Assembly (NCBI GenBank): GCA_028023455.1
Contig: JAQFVV010000005.1
Coordinates: 16,244,001-16,308,000 of the forward strand
Source: Epiperipatus broadwayi
Taxonomy: Eukaryota > Animalia > Onychophora
DNA length: 64,000 bases
Direction of reading: 5' to 3'
Below, one piece after another: positions 26,869 through 38,914 of the stretch. A program made the position numbers and the translations under genes. Within the stretch, counting starts at the first letter, position 1, and each line of letters opens with the position of its first letter. The notes beneath the pieces were generated by a model, which was given only the letters and a program-made list of their open reading frames with translations, did no database searches and was not told the origin of the DNA.

Positions 26869-28228
26869 ATAAAGTAATTTAATGGATCTCAAGATTTTTC
26901 ATAGACTTCACCACCATTATTAGATAAAAATTTTGAAAATTGTTTAAGTGCCTTGATATTGTCAAATAAATTTACACACAAAAAAGATAGCCAGTTGATG
27001 TGTGTTTTACTTATATACTATATATCTATCACACTCATTAAATAAAGAGAATTTATATATGCCATTAATATTATGATGAAGAAGATTAAGATGACAAATA
27101 AATAAAAAAATTCAGAATACCTTATATAAAGTTACATTCTATGTGTTCCCATTTTTTTTAACCTTCTGTATAAATTTTGATTTAAAAATATGAATGAAAA
27201 AATTTTTAAATTATTTTCAAAAATCCACATTTACAATATTTGTGATGTGTGTATGTTTGAACAAAATGATAATATTAAGCTAAAAGCAAAATGTGGATTT
27301 TTGAAAATAATAAAAAAAAATTTTCATTCATATTTCTAAATCAAAATTTATACAGAAGGTTAAAAAATTTGGAAACACATAGTAAATCGAAAGATTTCAT
27401 GCTGTATGTTTATAATTTGAATTCAGGCAATTAAGTGTGATGATATTTAAGATTCACGCTCTCAGATATAAGTACTTTGGACTGGCTTGGATATATAGAA
27501 AGACAAGTAAAGAAGAGAGTGGGAACCACTCTTTTCTTGTTAAATTCTCTGTCCCAGTGCTTAAGATCTGATTGGTTACTAATAGTCACAAGCGCTTGAG
27601 AAGTTTGCACTCTCTCAATTTAATTTTCAATACCGTCTGTGCTTTATAAAAATATTATTTACATATATTGCTGCAAAGTTATAACATCGAAAAACTACTG
27701 CGTAGTAAATCGAAAGATTTCACACTGTATGTTTATAATTTGAACTCAGTCAATTAAGTGTGATGATATTTAAGATTCACGCTCTCAGATATAAGTACTT
27801 TGGACTGGCTTGGATATATAGAAAGACAAGTAAAGAAGAGAGTGGGAACCACTCTTTTCTTGTTAAATTCCCTGTCCCAGTGCTTAAGATCTGATTGGTT
27901 ACTAATAGTCACAAGCGCTTGAGAAGTTTGCACTCTCTCAATTTAATTTTTAAACACATAGATTGTAACTTTATATAAGGTATTCTTAATATTTTATTTA
28001 TCATCTTAATCTTCTTCATCATAATATTAATGGTATATATAAATTCTCTTTATTTAATGAGTGTGATAACTATATGATATATAAGAAAAACACACATCAA
28101 CTGGCTATCTTTTTTGTGTGCAAATTTATTTGATAATATCAGGGCGCTTAAACAATTTTCAAAAATTTTATCTAATAATGATGGTGAAGTCTATAAAAAA
28201 AATTTTGATATCCATTAAATTACTTTAT
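26869..28228. mobile_element. Penelope-like element 3' remnant (GIY-YIG) arranged as a head-to-head foldback
   Basis: Left arm 26869-27232 is the rc of 27289-27382 plus 27962-28228. The arms read ..KKFGNT*IVTLYK..NGIYKFSLFNECD..(frameshift)YISKTH, a GIY...YIG-like motif. Confidence 0.6.
27383..27951. mobile_element. ~1.8-mer of a 323-bp unit inserted into the foldback arm; 10-bp TSD
   Basis: 27380-27630 is repeated near-identically at 27703-27950. AAACACATAG is duplicated at 27373-27382 and 27952-27961, while the opposite arm holds a single copy (empty site). Confidence 0.8.
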
Positions 28229-29628
28229 TTTTAGTTATGTTAAAAATTTAAAAAAGAAAATAGAACAATAAAATTAATTTATTAAAATGAAAGTTTACAT
28301 TAAAAATATATGTTTTTGACAAATTTTATTTTTGTGTAAATATTGCATATTCTACATAAATGAAAATATAGTTGATATTTATGACTATAACACAAATGAT
28401 TATGTAATTAATACATTACAGACCTATATCTCTCAATATTACTATGAATGATTGTGTTTAAGGTACCCTCTATTAGCTCATTATTTAACTAAACTAAACT
28501 ATTCTCCAGATCAAGTTCAAGGAAATACCTTCATCAGCTGTTTCTATGTCCTAATACATCACAAAACACAAATGAAATAGTGTTGGGTCTTTTATATATT
28601 GAGCAGATCTTATTTATTTTATTTCAAAGTATGAAAGATGACACACACACACACATAAATGGTTAAGTAAAAATTAATTTCATTTCTACACCCACATGTT
28701 GATAGGTCATTATGAATCAGTATGCACAGTGATAACAATTACAAATTAAAATCTATAAATGTCAGCTTGCATGTTGGTACATCAATAAAAAAATTAGTTT
28801 ATCCAGCTCAACATTAGTAATTGGATCATACTAGAACTATTCATCAACATCAATTTCAATTACTCAATGTATTATCTCAGTAAAATAATACTGATAAAAT
28901 AATTATATTTCATTAGCAGTGATCACCCTTAAATTATTCTCCTGGATTGGCTATCAACTTTATTTATTTTGAGGATAAAAATGCTTCTCTACATTCCAGT
29001 GCCATTTTTTGGTTGAATAACATATTTGACTATTCTTTATTACTTCTCTTCTTCTAAGTTATCTATAGTCTAGCACTATTTGAAGCACTTGGAAATTATC
29101 TTTTGTACATCAGATGAACCACAGTCACATATACAGGTATAACATATGCTGTGAACCATGTTGATAAAGGTATAGAAGATAGATATAATTATTAGTATTG
29201 GATTTTAAAATAATACTTTAATAAAATAATAAAGTAGAAAAAATAAAAGCAAAGAACTCATTCCTTGCATAGGCAAATACATAAATCCCCCTAACATAGC
29301 ATGCATATCTGAGCATATCTCTGGTCATTGCCTTATTTAATGACTTTAACTTTATATAAAAGACCAACAAACAAAAAATAATGAACTATAATTGTATTTT
29401 ATAGCTCTGAACAAGCCTGTCATATAATTAAATCCAAAGCTGTGAAAATTATTAAGAATTGAAATTTTTCAAGACTTATACATAATAATAAATTAACATT
29501 CCATTTTAGAATATATTGCATATATACAGATTTATTGTTTGTTAAATGTAAAACATTTAATATTTTTTAGATCAATCATGCCAAATAAGTATTCCATAAA
29601 TGTCAAATAATTAGTGAAATGACCTTAC

Positions 29629-29772
29629 CCTATTCGCTCCTGTTCCATGTGTTCAAGAGCTTCTGCTCTTTTGATAACATCCAAAATGACATCTTGTTCG
29701 GAGTCATTTAATCCTTCATTTTTATGATAAGTTGAAAGCTTGTTTGTGTGGACCGACCAACCTGTTCTCAAT
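29629..29772 (-). CDS. Rph: Rabphilin/Noc2-family exon (TGWSVH motif and Rab-binding helix)
   Basis: Boundaries ttatttag|...|gtaagg; 144 nt, phase 2/2. Translates (K)LRTGWSVHTNKLSTYHKNEGLNDSEQDVILDVIKRAEALEHMEQERI(G). Confidence 0.96.
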
Positions 29773-30464
29773 CTAAATAATAACAAAACAAGTTATAACA
29801 ATTATGAATCATAATAATAGTTTGTTTGTAAAATGAAACAGCTTTGATTTTAAACAAAATATAATTATAATCTAATCAAATGATTAAAATAAAGATATAG
29901 CATTGACAAAAAAAGCCATAATAAAGATGATTTCTTGCATTTAAAGAACTAAAACTGTAAGTTATGTGTTTTGTTCATCTATAGGAAATGCGCACTATGA
30001 TATTTTGCCAATATGTTTGTAGAAGATGCAGAAATTTGTTATGAAGGATTAACATTGGAGATTGAGTGTTGACAATCTATTAAACACATTATGAAAGGTT
30101 CATAACTTTCATTTTTTAGAATAAAAGTCGTGAGATTAAGGTCTATATATACAGATTTATTTGAAATCAAGTTATTAATTCAAAATTTTAATTATAAAAT
30201 TTATATTAGATCAAAATTAATTTTCTATAACATTGTTTGTCTAAACAATTTCTTTGTTCTCTTTTCCCATTGCTCATCATTCTGTATTTATAATATATTC
30301 TCTACATATTTTTATAAGTATTAACATGATACTTGACATTGTCGGCTAACTTATTATAATCCATTATATAGGATATATGAGCACAGACTTTCACATGACT
30401 CACCACTCTCCACTCTATCTCATAACACTGATACACTTGAACACACATATGTTGAAAAGATAAA

Positions 30465-30521
30465 TAATCACCAATATATGTATTTCATGCTAACGCAGCA
30501 ATCATCAGTTGGTCCAGATTA
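30465..30521 (-). ncRNA. Type I hammerhead ribozyme motif, family B
   Basis: rc TAATC TGG ACCAA CTGATGA TTGCTGCGTTAGCAT GAAA TACATA TA TTGGT GATTA. The core is intact, but the stem II closing pair and stem III are weakened. Confidence 0.7.
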
Positions 30522-30943
30522 CCATCTCTACACATTATGCTATAAGTGCTCAGATATATATTAAGATAGCCAAACCTCATACTTTAATGGACAGGCTTCA
30601 ATCTATTCCACACTCCAACTCTTCAACTGTCCATCCGATTGAAAATCTGATGATGGTATGCTCAAAGGCCACCCTGAGGCCGAAATTCTTGTCACACCCA
30701 TGTTGACCTAAGGTCAATCTGACACCCCATGCACAGGACATAATCCATTTAATACATATACAACATGGGTGTGACAAGAATCTCGGCCTCAGGGTGGTCT
30801 TTGAGTATTCCATTATCAGATTTTCAATTGGATAGACAGTTGAAGAGTTGGTGTGGAATAGATTGAAGCCTGTCCATTAAAGTATGAGGTTTGGCTATCT
30901 TAATATATATCTTAGCACTTATAGCATATATGTGTTGAGATGG

Positions 30944-31000
30944 TAATCTGGACCAACTGATGATTGTTGGTTTAGCATGAAATATGTATATTGGTGATTA
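30944..31000 (+). ncRNA. Type I hammerhead ribozyme motif, family B
   Basis: TAATC TGG ACCAA CTGATGA TTGTTGGTTTAGCAT GAAA TATGTA TA TTGGT GATTA. Stem I ACCAA/TTGGT plus TAATC/GATTA around a TGG bulge. Confidence 0.7.
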
Positions 31001-31496
31001 TTTATCTTTTCAACATAGTGTTATGAGATAGTGTGGAGAGTGGTAAGTCATGTGAAAGTCTGTGCTCATATACCCTATATATTACATATATAAACATAGG
31101 TATATAATAAGCCTGTGTGTTTCAGTTATTATAATCCATTACGTAACTAGAAGTATGATTCAATAAGCAATGATGTAAATAAGAATTGATATCATTGCCA
31201 ATACTTGAACTTTTAATAGTCTATATTTGAAAAAAAAAATACAAGAATAAATCAAAATACAATATGAATGAAATTTCTGAACACATTTTTTAAATAAAGG
31301 TTAGCCATTCGTATTAGCTAAATTCCATAATATTTCATCAATCTGGAGTTATCTTAAAATTATATCTATTTTTGTATTTTATAATCTAAAATTAAAACAA
31401 AGCCAAAACTCTCCATACAATAATTACACTCAGTTGCAAGCTAAAGTAATCAATGGATTTGCAAAAAATCCCTATTTAGTGCCTACTCATCCAATA

Positions 31497-31538
31497 TCCC
31501 TAGACCAGTTTCTAGCTTGTGGCCTTCATCAGTGAGAA
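31497..31538 (-). ncRNA. Minimal type I hammerhead-like motif, family A
   Basis: rc TTCTCA CTGATGA AGGC CACAA GCTA GAAA CTGG TC TAGGGA. CUGAUGA, GAAA and the GUC site are intact; the stem II junction is non-canonical. Confidence 0.6.
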
Positions 31539-31782
31539 ACTTTAGATTTAAGAACACTACACCTAGATCTTAGTATCTAATGCAACCCTCTTGCAACCAT
31601 CTTTTTTTTAGTTAACTATAAAGCTATGAGTCAAACGTGAAAACACAATAACGTTTTCAATCCAAGCTCATTCAGTTGTATTGTCATATAGATATAAAAC
31701 CAGTTCAGAATCTATATATTTGGTTCCTTAGTAACAATAGCGACCATCATCTTATGGTCAAGATTTGTATCAGATCCAAGGC

Positions 31783-31824
31783 TCCTCACTGATGAAAACC
31801 ACAAGGTAGAAACTAGTCTGGGGA
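31783..31824 (+). ncRNA. Minimal type I hammerhead-like motif, family A
   Basis: TCCTCA CTGATGA AAACC ACAA GGTA GAAA CTAG TC TGGGGA. Stem I TCCTCA/TGGGGA, palindromic stem III (ACTAGT), GUC cleavage triplet. Confidence 0.65.
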
Positions 31825-32595
31825 TATTGGATGAGTTAGGCACTAGTTAAGGATTTTATGCACAAACCTTCTTAAATCCACTGATTACTCACTGAATGGC
31901 GCTACTGTAGAGAGAGTTATGTCTCTGTTTTAACAACTTGTGTAAGCATAGGAAATAGTGATCCTGTGATGTTTACTGGTTCAATAACCTACAATTCCAA
32001 ACACATCAAATATTTCATAGATTAAATACAGCTGATAAAAAACTATGCGACAGAATAGTGGAAAGAAAACAACTGATTGTAACAAAACTAGTCAAGTGCA
32101 TGGATTTTAAAAATATTTTATCAGTACAATGTTGCCAAACTTTAAATAGATATTCAATATTAATATTTGTACTTATAAATAAAAATGATATGAATCTTAA
32201 GATCTTCAGGCTCATTATAGTTTATAATGCAACTCTTACATTAATCTGCTGAAATAAGGTGTTAAGAAGATGGCAACAACGAAAAGTTATCAGTGATGAT
32301 GATCAAGCCTTAATGCTTAATTGTAGTACACTACTGCCTAATTATCTCCACCTAGCCTTATAAGGAGAGCTTAATATCGATGCATATAAATAATAAAGAT
32401 AATAGATTTCATTTTCTAATAAGCATCTTTCTTGCTAATATATATTAAAAAATGATATTCTTTTTCTTTTACTAGTCATCTTCATTATTAAGTCAATATA
32501 CTCAAAATCTTAAAATATAATGGAACTCTGATCTTCAAAGAAGAAATTAATTTTACACTTCACCAATCATCGACTTCGAAAATGATTTTTAAAGG

Positions 32596-32732
32596 TTACA
32601 GATTAGTCACTTCTAGACTTGTCAAAGCAGATTTATAAATTATGGAATTAATGTTCCAATCTAAACTTATAGATTAGTCACTTCTAGACATGTTCAAGCA
32701 GATTTTATAAAATACAGAATTAATGTTCCAAT
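32596..32732. repeat. Tandem duplication, ~71-bp unit x2
   Basis: agattagtcacttctagac...aattaatgttccaat occurs at 32600 and 32671. Confidence 0.9.
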
Positions 32733-34270
32733 TATTTTGCAGTAAATAATAATTATTTTTATCTACAATAATAAATTATCTGTTAAAACGAAAGCAAAAA
32801 AAAACCTATTCTATGCGGCTTTGAAAAAGTCACGTGGTATTATTTTATTCCGCGAACTGTTTTCAGCAACTTAAAGGTGAGAAAAACATTTTAATATACA
32901 CTAAAAAAAAAATTTGTTAAATTTCTCTCTCACCCACCCTTTCTCTCAGTTATTATCAGTGAATTTCAATACAATAGTGGTTAGTAATATTAAAATTATT
33001 TCTTTCCTGAGGTAAGATGCCTTCGTTTAAAAACGTAATCTATTGATGTATTTGAACATTTCAATTTATCTAATCAAATTATACCAGTGAAATTTTTCTA
33101 TCAAAAGTAATCAAAAAATAATTTATAAAAACATTAGAAATGTAACGTTTTGAATAAATTCTCTCGCTTCAAGATATTAAACATTTATAATACGTTTATT
33201 TTTGAATGGCCTTATGGGAACATGGACGGTGCCTCTTGCCATACCGATAAAAATTAATATAGGTGGAAATATACATAATATATATTTTTTGGTAGGTGAG
33301 ATCTTCAAGCAAGCTGAAAATTTTTTACAGGTATCTAATCTACAAACACAACAGCTAACCATCTAATTATTGGTTGGCAAGTGGGTATTTAGCTATTGCT
33401 AAACTGAAAGATAATATAAAAAATTAAGTACCAAAACTCAAATCACCTGTTTTCTTTTTCACTATTAACTTATAGAACGATTCTGAAGTAACATTTATTT
33501 TGTAGTGAAAAACTCTAGACTTTATAATTATTTCATTTAGATAAATTGAATCTTTGTTAAAGCAGAGTGAATATCTGGAAGGGAGGGGGAATGATAAATT
33601 TTTAAATGACGTCTATTATTATTACTCTATTTAAATTCATACCAATAACGAGAAAAAACAAGAGGAAAAATTTGCATTTGACCTCTTATTTGTTATTAAT
33701 AATAAATTTAAATACATCAATAATAATCATATACTGAAAATTTATTTTCCACCACCACCCAGATACCAGCTAATTTTGCTCTTCTTCCCACATTAAATTT
33801 TTGATGGGATTTTGCAATGAATATATACTATATGTGAATATTAATAAGTATTACAGACTATATATTTTTTAAAAAAAATAGAATTGAGTTTTAGAGTTAT
33901 GACAATGATTTTAAAGCTATAAAAATTCTTTTATTCCAAGTATAATTTGCCACGCATCTGAGTTAATCGTCTTGATCAAGAGTTTATAAGCAATAGGTCA
34001 ATGATTCCACAAATACTAATGATAAAGAAATTGTGCATTTTCTTTCACATATAAAAAAACAATCAAATGAAAAGTTGCTTAGGAGGTCATATGATATTTA
34101 AGCATTAGAAGCGATAGATTGAGTTTCAATCCAGAGACAAATTCAGAGCATTGGGCTTTTCAATTGTGGTGCTAAAATTTACTATTTACTAAAGACCAAA
34201 AAATATTACATGACCTCAGCTTACATGACATTTTCAGAAGCAAACTCTATTTAATACTACTACAGATTTT

Positions 34271-34393
34271 CTTACCTAGTGTAATCTTAAGTAATCAATA
34301 CATACTAGATAGTATTGCTTATTAAATTTCTATCGTGCAACAGTGTCTGTATCCCCAGACTAGATTCTGGTTAAAGGCTTTCATAATGGGGAA
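34271..34393 (-). mobile_element. HHR family A-related fragment
   Basis: rc TTCCCCA TTATGA AAGCCTTTAACCA GAAT CTAG TC TGGGGA (degenerate HHR, 34352-34393), followed by the same tail as the 9655 copy. Confidence 0.55.
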
Positions 34394-34990
34394 AATAAGT
34401 AAAAAGTAGTTGCTGCTTGAAAAATGTATTAAATTCAGAAGCATCAGAACCAGATTCTAAACTTCACATTGATAAAGGCCAAAGTCAGACACTAATCTAG
34501 AGATATAGATAGGACAGTACTGGATTAGAGATTTAATAAGTACTATCATCTAATGATTATTTAAAGCTTTAATACATGCAAAACTGGTAATACAAAAACA
34601 ATATATAGAATTATATACCTCTGAATAGCAAGATTTCTTAATCAATAATGGAGTTTGGCTATAGCCTGGCAGCATAAAAAGTTATTTCTCTGATCAGAGA
34701 ACTCTTCAAAACATCATCAAAAAATTCATCTGAATTTAGATATCATCTCATAGGCATAGATTAAAACCTACTCTATGAAGAATTTCTTTTATGACAAAAT
34801 GTAATCCACATTTATTAACACTGATATATGTATTTAAAGACACTATTTTATCACATACACTTTAACAATGAATAAAGATATGTGTATAAAAATAAATGAT
34901 GTCCAAGATGTATTTCTAACTGAAATGATATTCTTCCATTAGCCTAGATCAGTGGATGTTAATATCAAATTACTATAACTTAATGTACAA

Positions 34991-35236
34991 AATTAACAAA
35001 GCGTATGCCACACTTGAATGAGAAGCTATAAAGATACACAGAAATTATTACACGCTAAGCGCTTTCATATTCATAGCGGTACTGTGAGCTATGAATATGA
35101 GGCAAAAGACCTCGAAAGCGCTTAGCGTGTAATAATTTCTGTGTATCTTTATAGCTTCTCATTCAAGTGTGGCATACGCTTTGTTAATTTTGTATATTAA
35201 ATTATCGAATGAGAAGTCTTAAAATCTTTAATACTT
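34991..35236. mobile_element. Young foldback insertion (family D); 17-bp TSD
   Basis: Arms 34982-35066 and 35114-35198 match at 84/85. A nested 11-bp hairpin lies at the centre. TSD TATAACTTAATGTACAA at 34974-34990 and 35237-35253. Confidence 0.9.
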
Positions 35237-36553
35237 TATAACTTAATGTACAACTGCCGATTTTCTTGCATTCACACCATTTTTAATAATATCCTATTTA
35301 AATAGATACATTTGGCTTCCATTTGAGCTTTGGCATGGTTATATAGATATCAATATTGTGCAATTTGGGTGGGTGATTAAGTAGTCAAAAGTGCACTAGG
35401 AATAACTTTTCTAATTATACAGTACAAAGTTTATCTTTAATATGTTTATGGATATATTTTGTTTGTTACATTTTCAGAGATATATCTCACTAAATTGTAG
35501 ATTTTAGAAACGTTAAGCAGAATTCTGGGTGTGTTGGACTGAATAATTTCTCTATATAGAAAATTAATACATGTTACCACTCATAAAAGTTAGTATTTCA
35601 TTGTATAACCATGAAAATCTTCTTACAATATATATAAAGTACTCAGCTATCAAGTATTTTATTGATTCATATAGGTATTTATTATAGCTTTAAAGCTTCT
35701 CTTTCCAGCACCTCAACTCGATTGTAATTTATAAGTTATTTATAGTTTTTTCACATATATGGGTTACTTGGCGCACAGCAACATAGTTGTGTGTGTGCAC
35801 ATATATACATATATATAAAAAGTAAAGGAAAAGTAGAAATAAACACATTAATTTTTGTAGATATTTTCTACATTTCACTTGAATAATAGTGACTGTAGAA
35901 GGTTAAATAACTCTGAATACAATTTTATTATAAATTAAACTTGTAAAAAGGTCTGAATAAATATAAATATTGTATTATTATTATTCTGATTTTGAAATTT
36001 AAAAACAAGTATGGTATTTTTGAATTAATTGAACAAAATTTCTATCTATTAGAAATCCCCTAAGTGGAAACATGCATATCACACTTTGACAAAAATTTCA
36101 AGCTTGTTTCAAAAGAGATTAGAGAGATTAAAAAAACTGTTTTTGATCAAGGTGTTGTTATCACCTCAGATGATTCTATAAAAGGGCTGATAAAAATATC
36201 AGCTGTAGTCTGGACTGTAGTTTTTGTAAGAGCTGAACAGAACAGTTTGGCTACTAAAAATTTTTGAGTTAAGTTGCTGCAATTAGCTGACCAAAATAGA
36301 TAGCTGCAGTTTGTTGTTGGCTGTAGCAGAGAATTGGCTAATAGTTTTGCTGTAGTTTGGAGTATTGCTGAAGGTGGTTTTCTAGAATTAGAGAATGAAC
36401 ATGAAATAATTGAAGGCAGGACAGTAGATCCATGAGTTGCTACTATTTTCCTTCACAGTAGTTTTGATTTACTTGAAGCTGGGTTACTTCTAAATCAATA
36501 GCCTGAACAAATGAAGCCAAAATAGATTGCAGACCTGACACCAAATCCTAGTC

Positions 36554-36878
36554 AGATGTCACATGACTTATATATAGCTTGCACTTACAAATATGTAAAA
36601 TTAAGAGCATGCTAATAGCTCTAAACAAGCTTTTTTTTTTTTTTATTTATGATAAATACTACTACAAGAGAAGACATTATTCAAATCATTTTTATCTTGG
36701 ATTGTCCCCATCCCCAGACCGGTTTCGACCTATGGGTCTCTTCAGTGAGGAGTTGGGACATTAGATTTAAAAAACCAACTCAAGCAAAGCATTTATCTAA
36801 AAGTTAATTGTTAGAAGAAGATCTGAAACTTTTAGACATCTAAGCTTGTTTAGAGCTATTAGCATGCTCTTAATTTTA
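36554..36878. mobile_element. HHR family C element with inverted 3' tail; 12-bp TSD
   Basis: TGTAAAATTAAGAGCATGCTAATAGCTCTAAACAAGCTT (~36594-36632) is the rc of ~36842-36880. TSD CAAATCCTAGTC at 36542-36553 and 36879-36890. Confidence 0.88.
36703..36760 (-). ncRNA. Intact minimal type I hammerhead ribozyme, family C
   Basis: rc TGTCCC AAC TCCTCA CTGAAGA GACC CATA GGTC GAAA CCGG TC TGGGGA TG GGGACA. All core nucleotides are present, with G10.1-C11.1, a palindromic ACCGGT stem III and a GUC site; stem I is extended by TGTCCC/GGGACA. Confidence 0.88.
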
Positions 36879-38914
36879 CAAATCCTAGTCTAACTGGAAC
36901 TAACTGCAGAACAACCCTTATCTGGACTATACTGATGATAAATCAGCAAGCTCACCAAGAGAATTTGTGAGATGATGAATCATTAATTACATATATGCTG
37001 CGTCAGATATGTGCAGAGAGGTACAGACTTATATAACGAAAATTTAAATAATTCATTTTAAAATGACATTTTAGTGATGGTGATATATATAGCTAAACAG
37101 GTATTTTCAATAATTGACATAGTGAAAACAATATTTAAAATTTATATTTTTAAATTTAAAGACTTCTAATTAATCAATCAATAATAATCCTTACAAAACT
37201 GATTTTTGGTTATTTTTCAAAAGAAAGGGAAAAGGAAACTATCCAGCAAAGTAAAATTTACCATAAAAAAATATGTGAATGTTATAATATAATTTTAATA
37301 AAGAAATTAATTGTGAAAATGAATCTGTTAATAACTTTATTGTTGTAACAAATTAAAGTAGGTAAATGTCAGGCTATGTATATACATGCATACACATATA
37401 TGTAAATTTTAAATCTTTTATTGTATTTTATATAACAATTCAAATATGTAAATAAATATATTTCACTGATATGCAGTTTAAATAAACGTAGCATAAAGTA
37501 TTTGTATTATTAAAAATATAAGTTAAAAAGTTTAATCATGTATTATTGTAGGGCAATTTAAATATGTTCAGAAATTACATGCATGCATGTATGTATGTGT
37601 ACATATATGTCAATTGTATTGCAAATACCAATGTGTATCAGATAGACATTTATATGTAAAATTTTAATCACTTTTTTTTTATTAAATGTCAATTCAAACA
37701 TGTTCATTTTGTATCAAGCCACAGTGGATTTTAAATAAACCTAATGTATTAATCACATGAATCAATGTAATAATTTGAATTTTGTAAAGTAATTTTGTAA
37801 ATCACAAATGTGATAATTTTTTTTATTGTATATTATTCAAAATCAGAAGCCTTATCTAATAAGACTTGAATTTCATTTTTTATTGTTATCCAATAAACTT
37901 ATTCAATTGTAAAAATTGTTCCAGTGACTTAACTGTAAATAGTTATAGAATATTATGTAAATCATCTCTTGGTCGCTATAACAGTAATAGAGCTTGTGTT
38001 CTCCGAGCTAGATTTGAGCATGGGATGAATATATGAATGGGGAGGTGTTTTTTGTGCTTTATGAGCATTCCAGAATGAGATTGTCCAGGTTTTGGTGTGA
38101 GGATTATATTCTTCAAAGCTCTTGCGCTACATTTTGTTTTAATTGAGACACTTATTAGAAGTTAAATTTACAAATGGCCAATACATTAATAGTACTTAAG
38201 TAGCCAGGCATTGATGATGATCAGCATGTTTTTGTATCCCAGCATTATTGTTTCAATTTCTGATTATTGTGTATTCTAATGGATGGGCACTAAGTTGGTG
38301 CATCTAAGTTATGTTTAAATAATTGGCCAAGCTGGCAAAGGTTCAATAGTTAGCCTGGTCTACAGAAGATCCATTTCCAATCCAGTCACAAGGTGGACTG
38401 TTGATTTATATTTTTTATTGTTCAAATCCAGACACAAGATGGATTGTTGATTTTATTCTGATTTATTGTATTGATTTTTACTTGTTGATCAGCCATGACA
38501 ATGAATGGTGTTTGAGTATTACTGATATTTACTTTTTGATAATGCTGGTTGATATATGATTGATGTATAGTTATTTTAGTTACTCTAAGGAGTGACTGGC
38601 TGATCTCTCAGAGATCTCTTGATCTCATGCTCCCCTTAAATATATCTTACTTATATATACTTTTGTAAATTATTTAAATTTAACTTACTTGGGAGTGATG
38701 ATGATTTTCCATCACTCCAGGTACGAGCACCATCATTTCTCTTCCTACTACCCCATCCCATTACAATATATATATATTAAAATAATAATTTTGATGCTTG
38801 TATTTCTTCAAAATATATGTAAAATTCAACTTGATATATATTAAACATTATAACATTCATATAATTCAACTTATTCTATTAGAAGTACTTTCAACTATAT
38901 TCCTTTTAATGATA

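Larger units (their letters stand above)
30367..31125. mobile_element. HHR family B foldback insertion; 16-bp TSD
   Basis: Arms ~30365-30706 and ~30762-31081 are inverted copies, each with an HHR reading outward. TSD TTATTATAATCCATTA at 30351-30366 and 31126-31141. Confidence 0.9.
31394..31971. mobile_element. Head-to-head pair of HHR family A elements
   Basis: Minus copy ~31394-31605 and plus copy ~31771-31971, with 3' ends pointing outward. No convincing TSD was found. Confidence 0.8.

Noticed and set aside
30647-30700. Second, opposite-polarity HHR in family B (CTGATGA...GGCC GAAA TTCTTG TC), which would imply an ambisense viroid-like element
   Set aside because: No stem I or stem III could be formed in type I or type III topology, and the other copies have decayed cores (CTGATAA, CTGTTGA).
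37960-38600. Possible further PLE RT fragment on the minus strand (TGLEM.. resembling GLxMGS)
   Set aside because: It needs several frameshifts and has no YxDD motif; not enough support.
38692-38718. 9-bp hairpin GGAGTGATG/CATCACTCC as a terminator or Helitron end
   Set aside because: Too short, with no following CTRR end or T-run; expected by chance.
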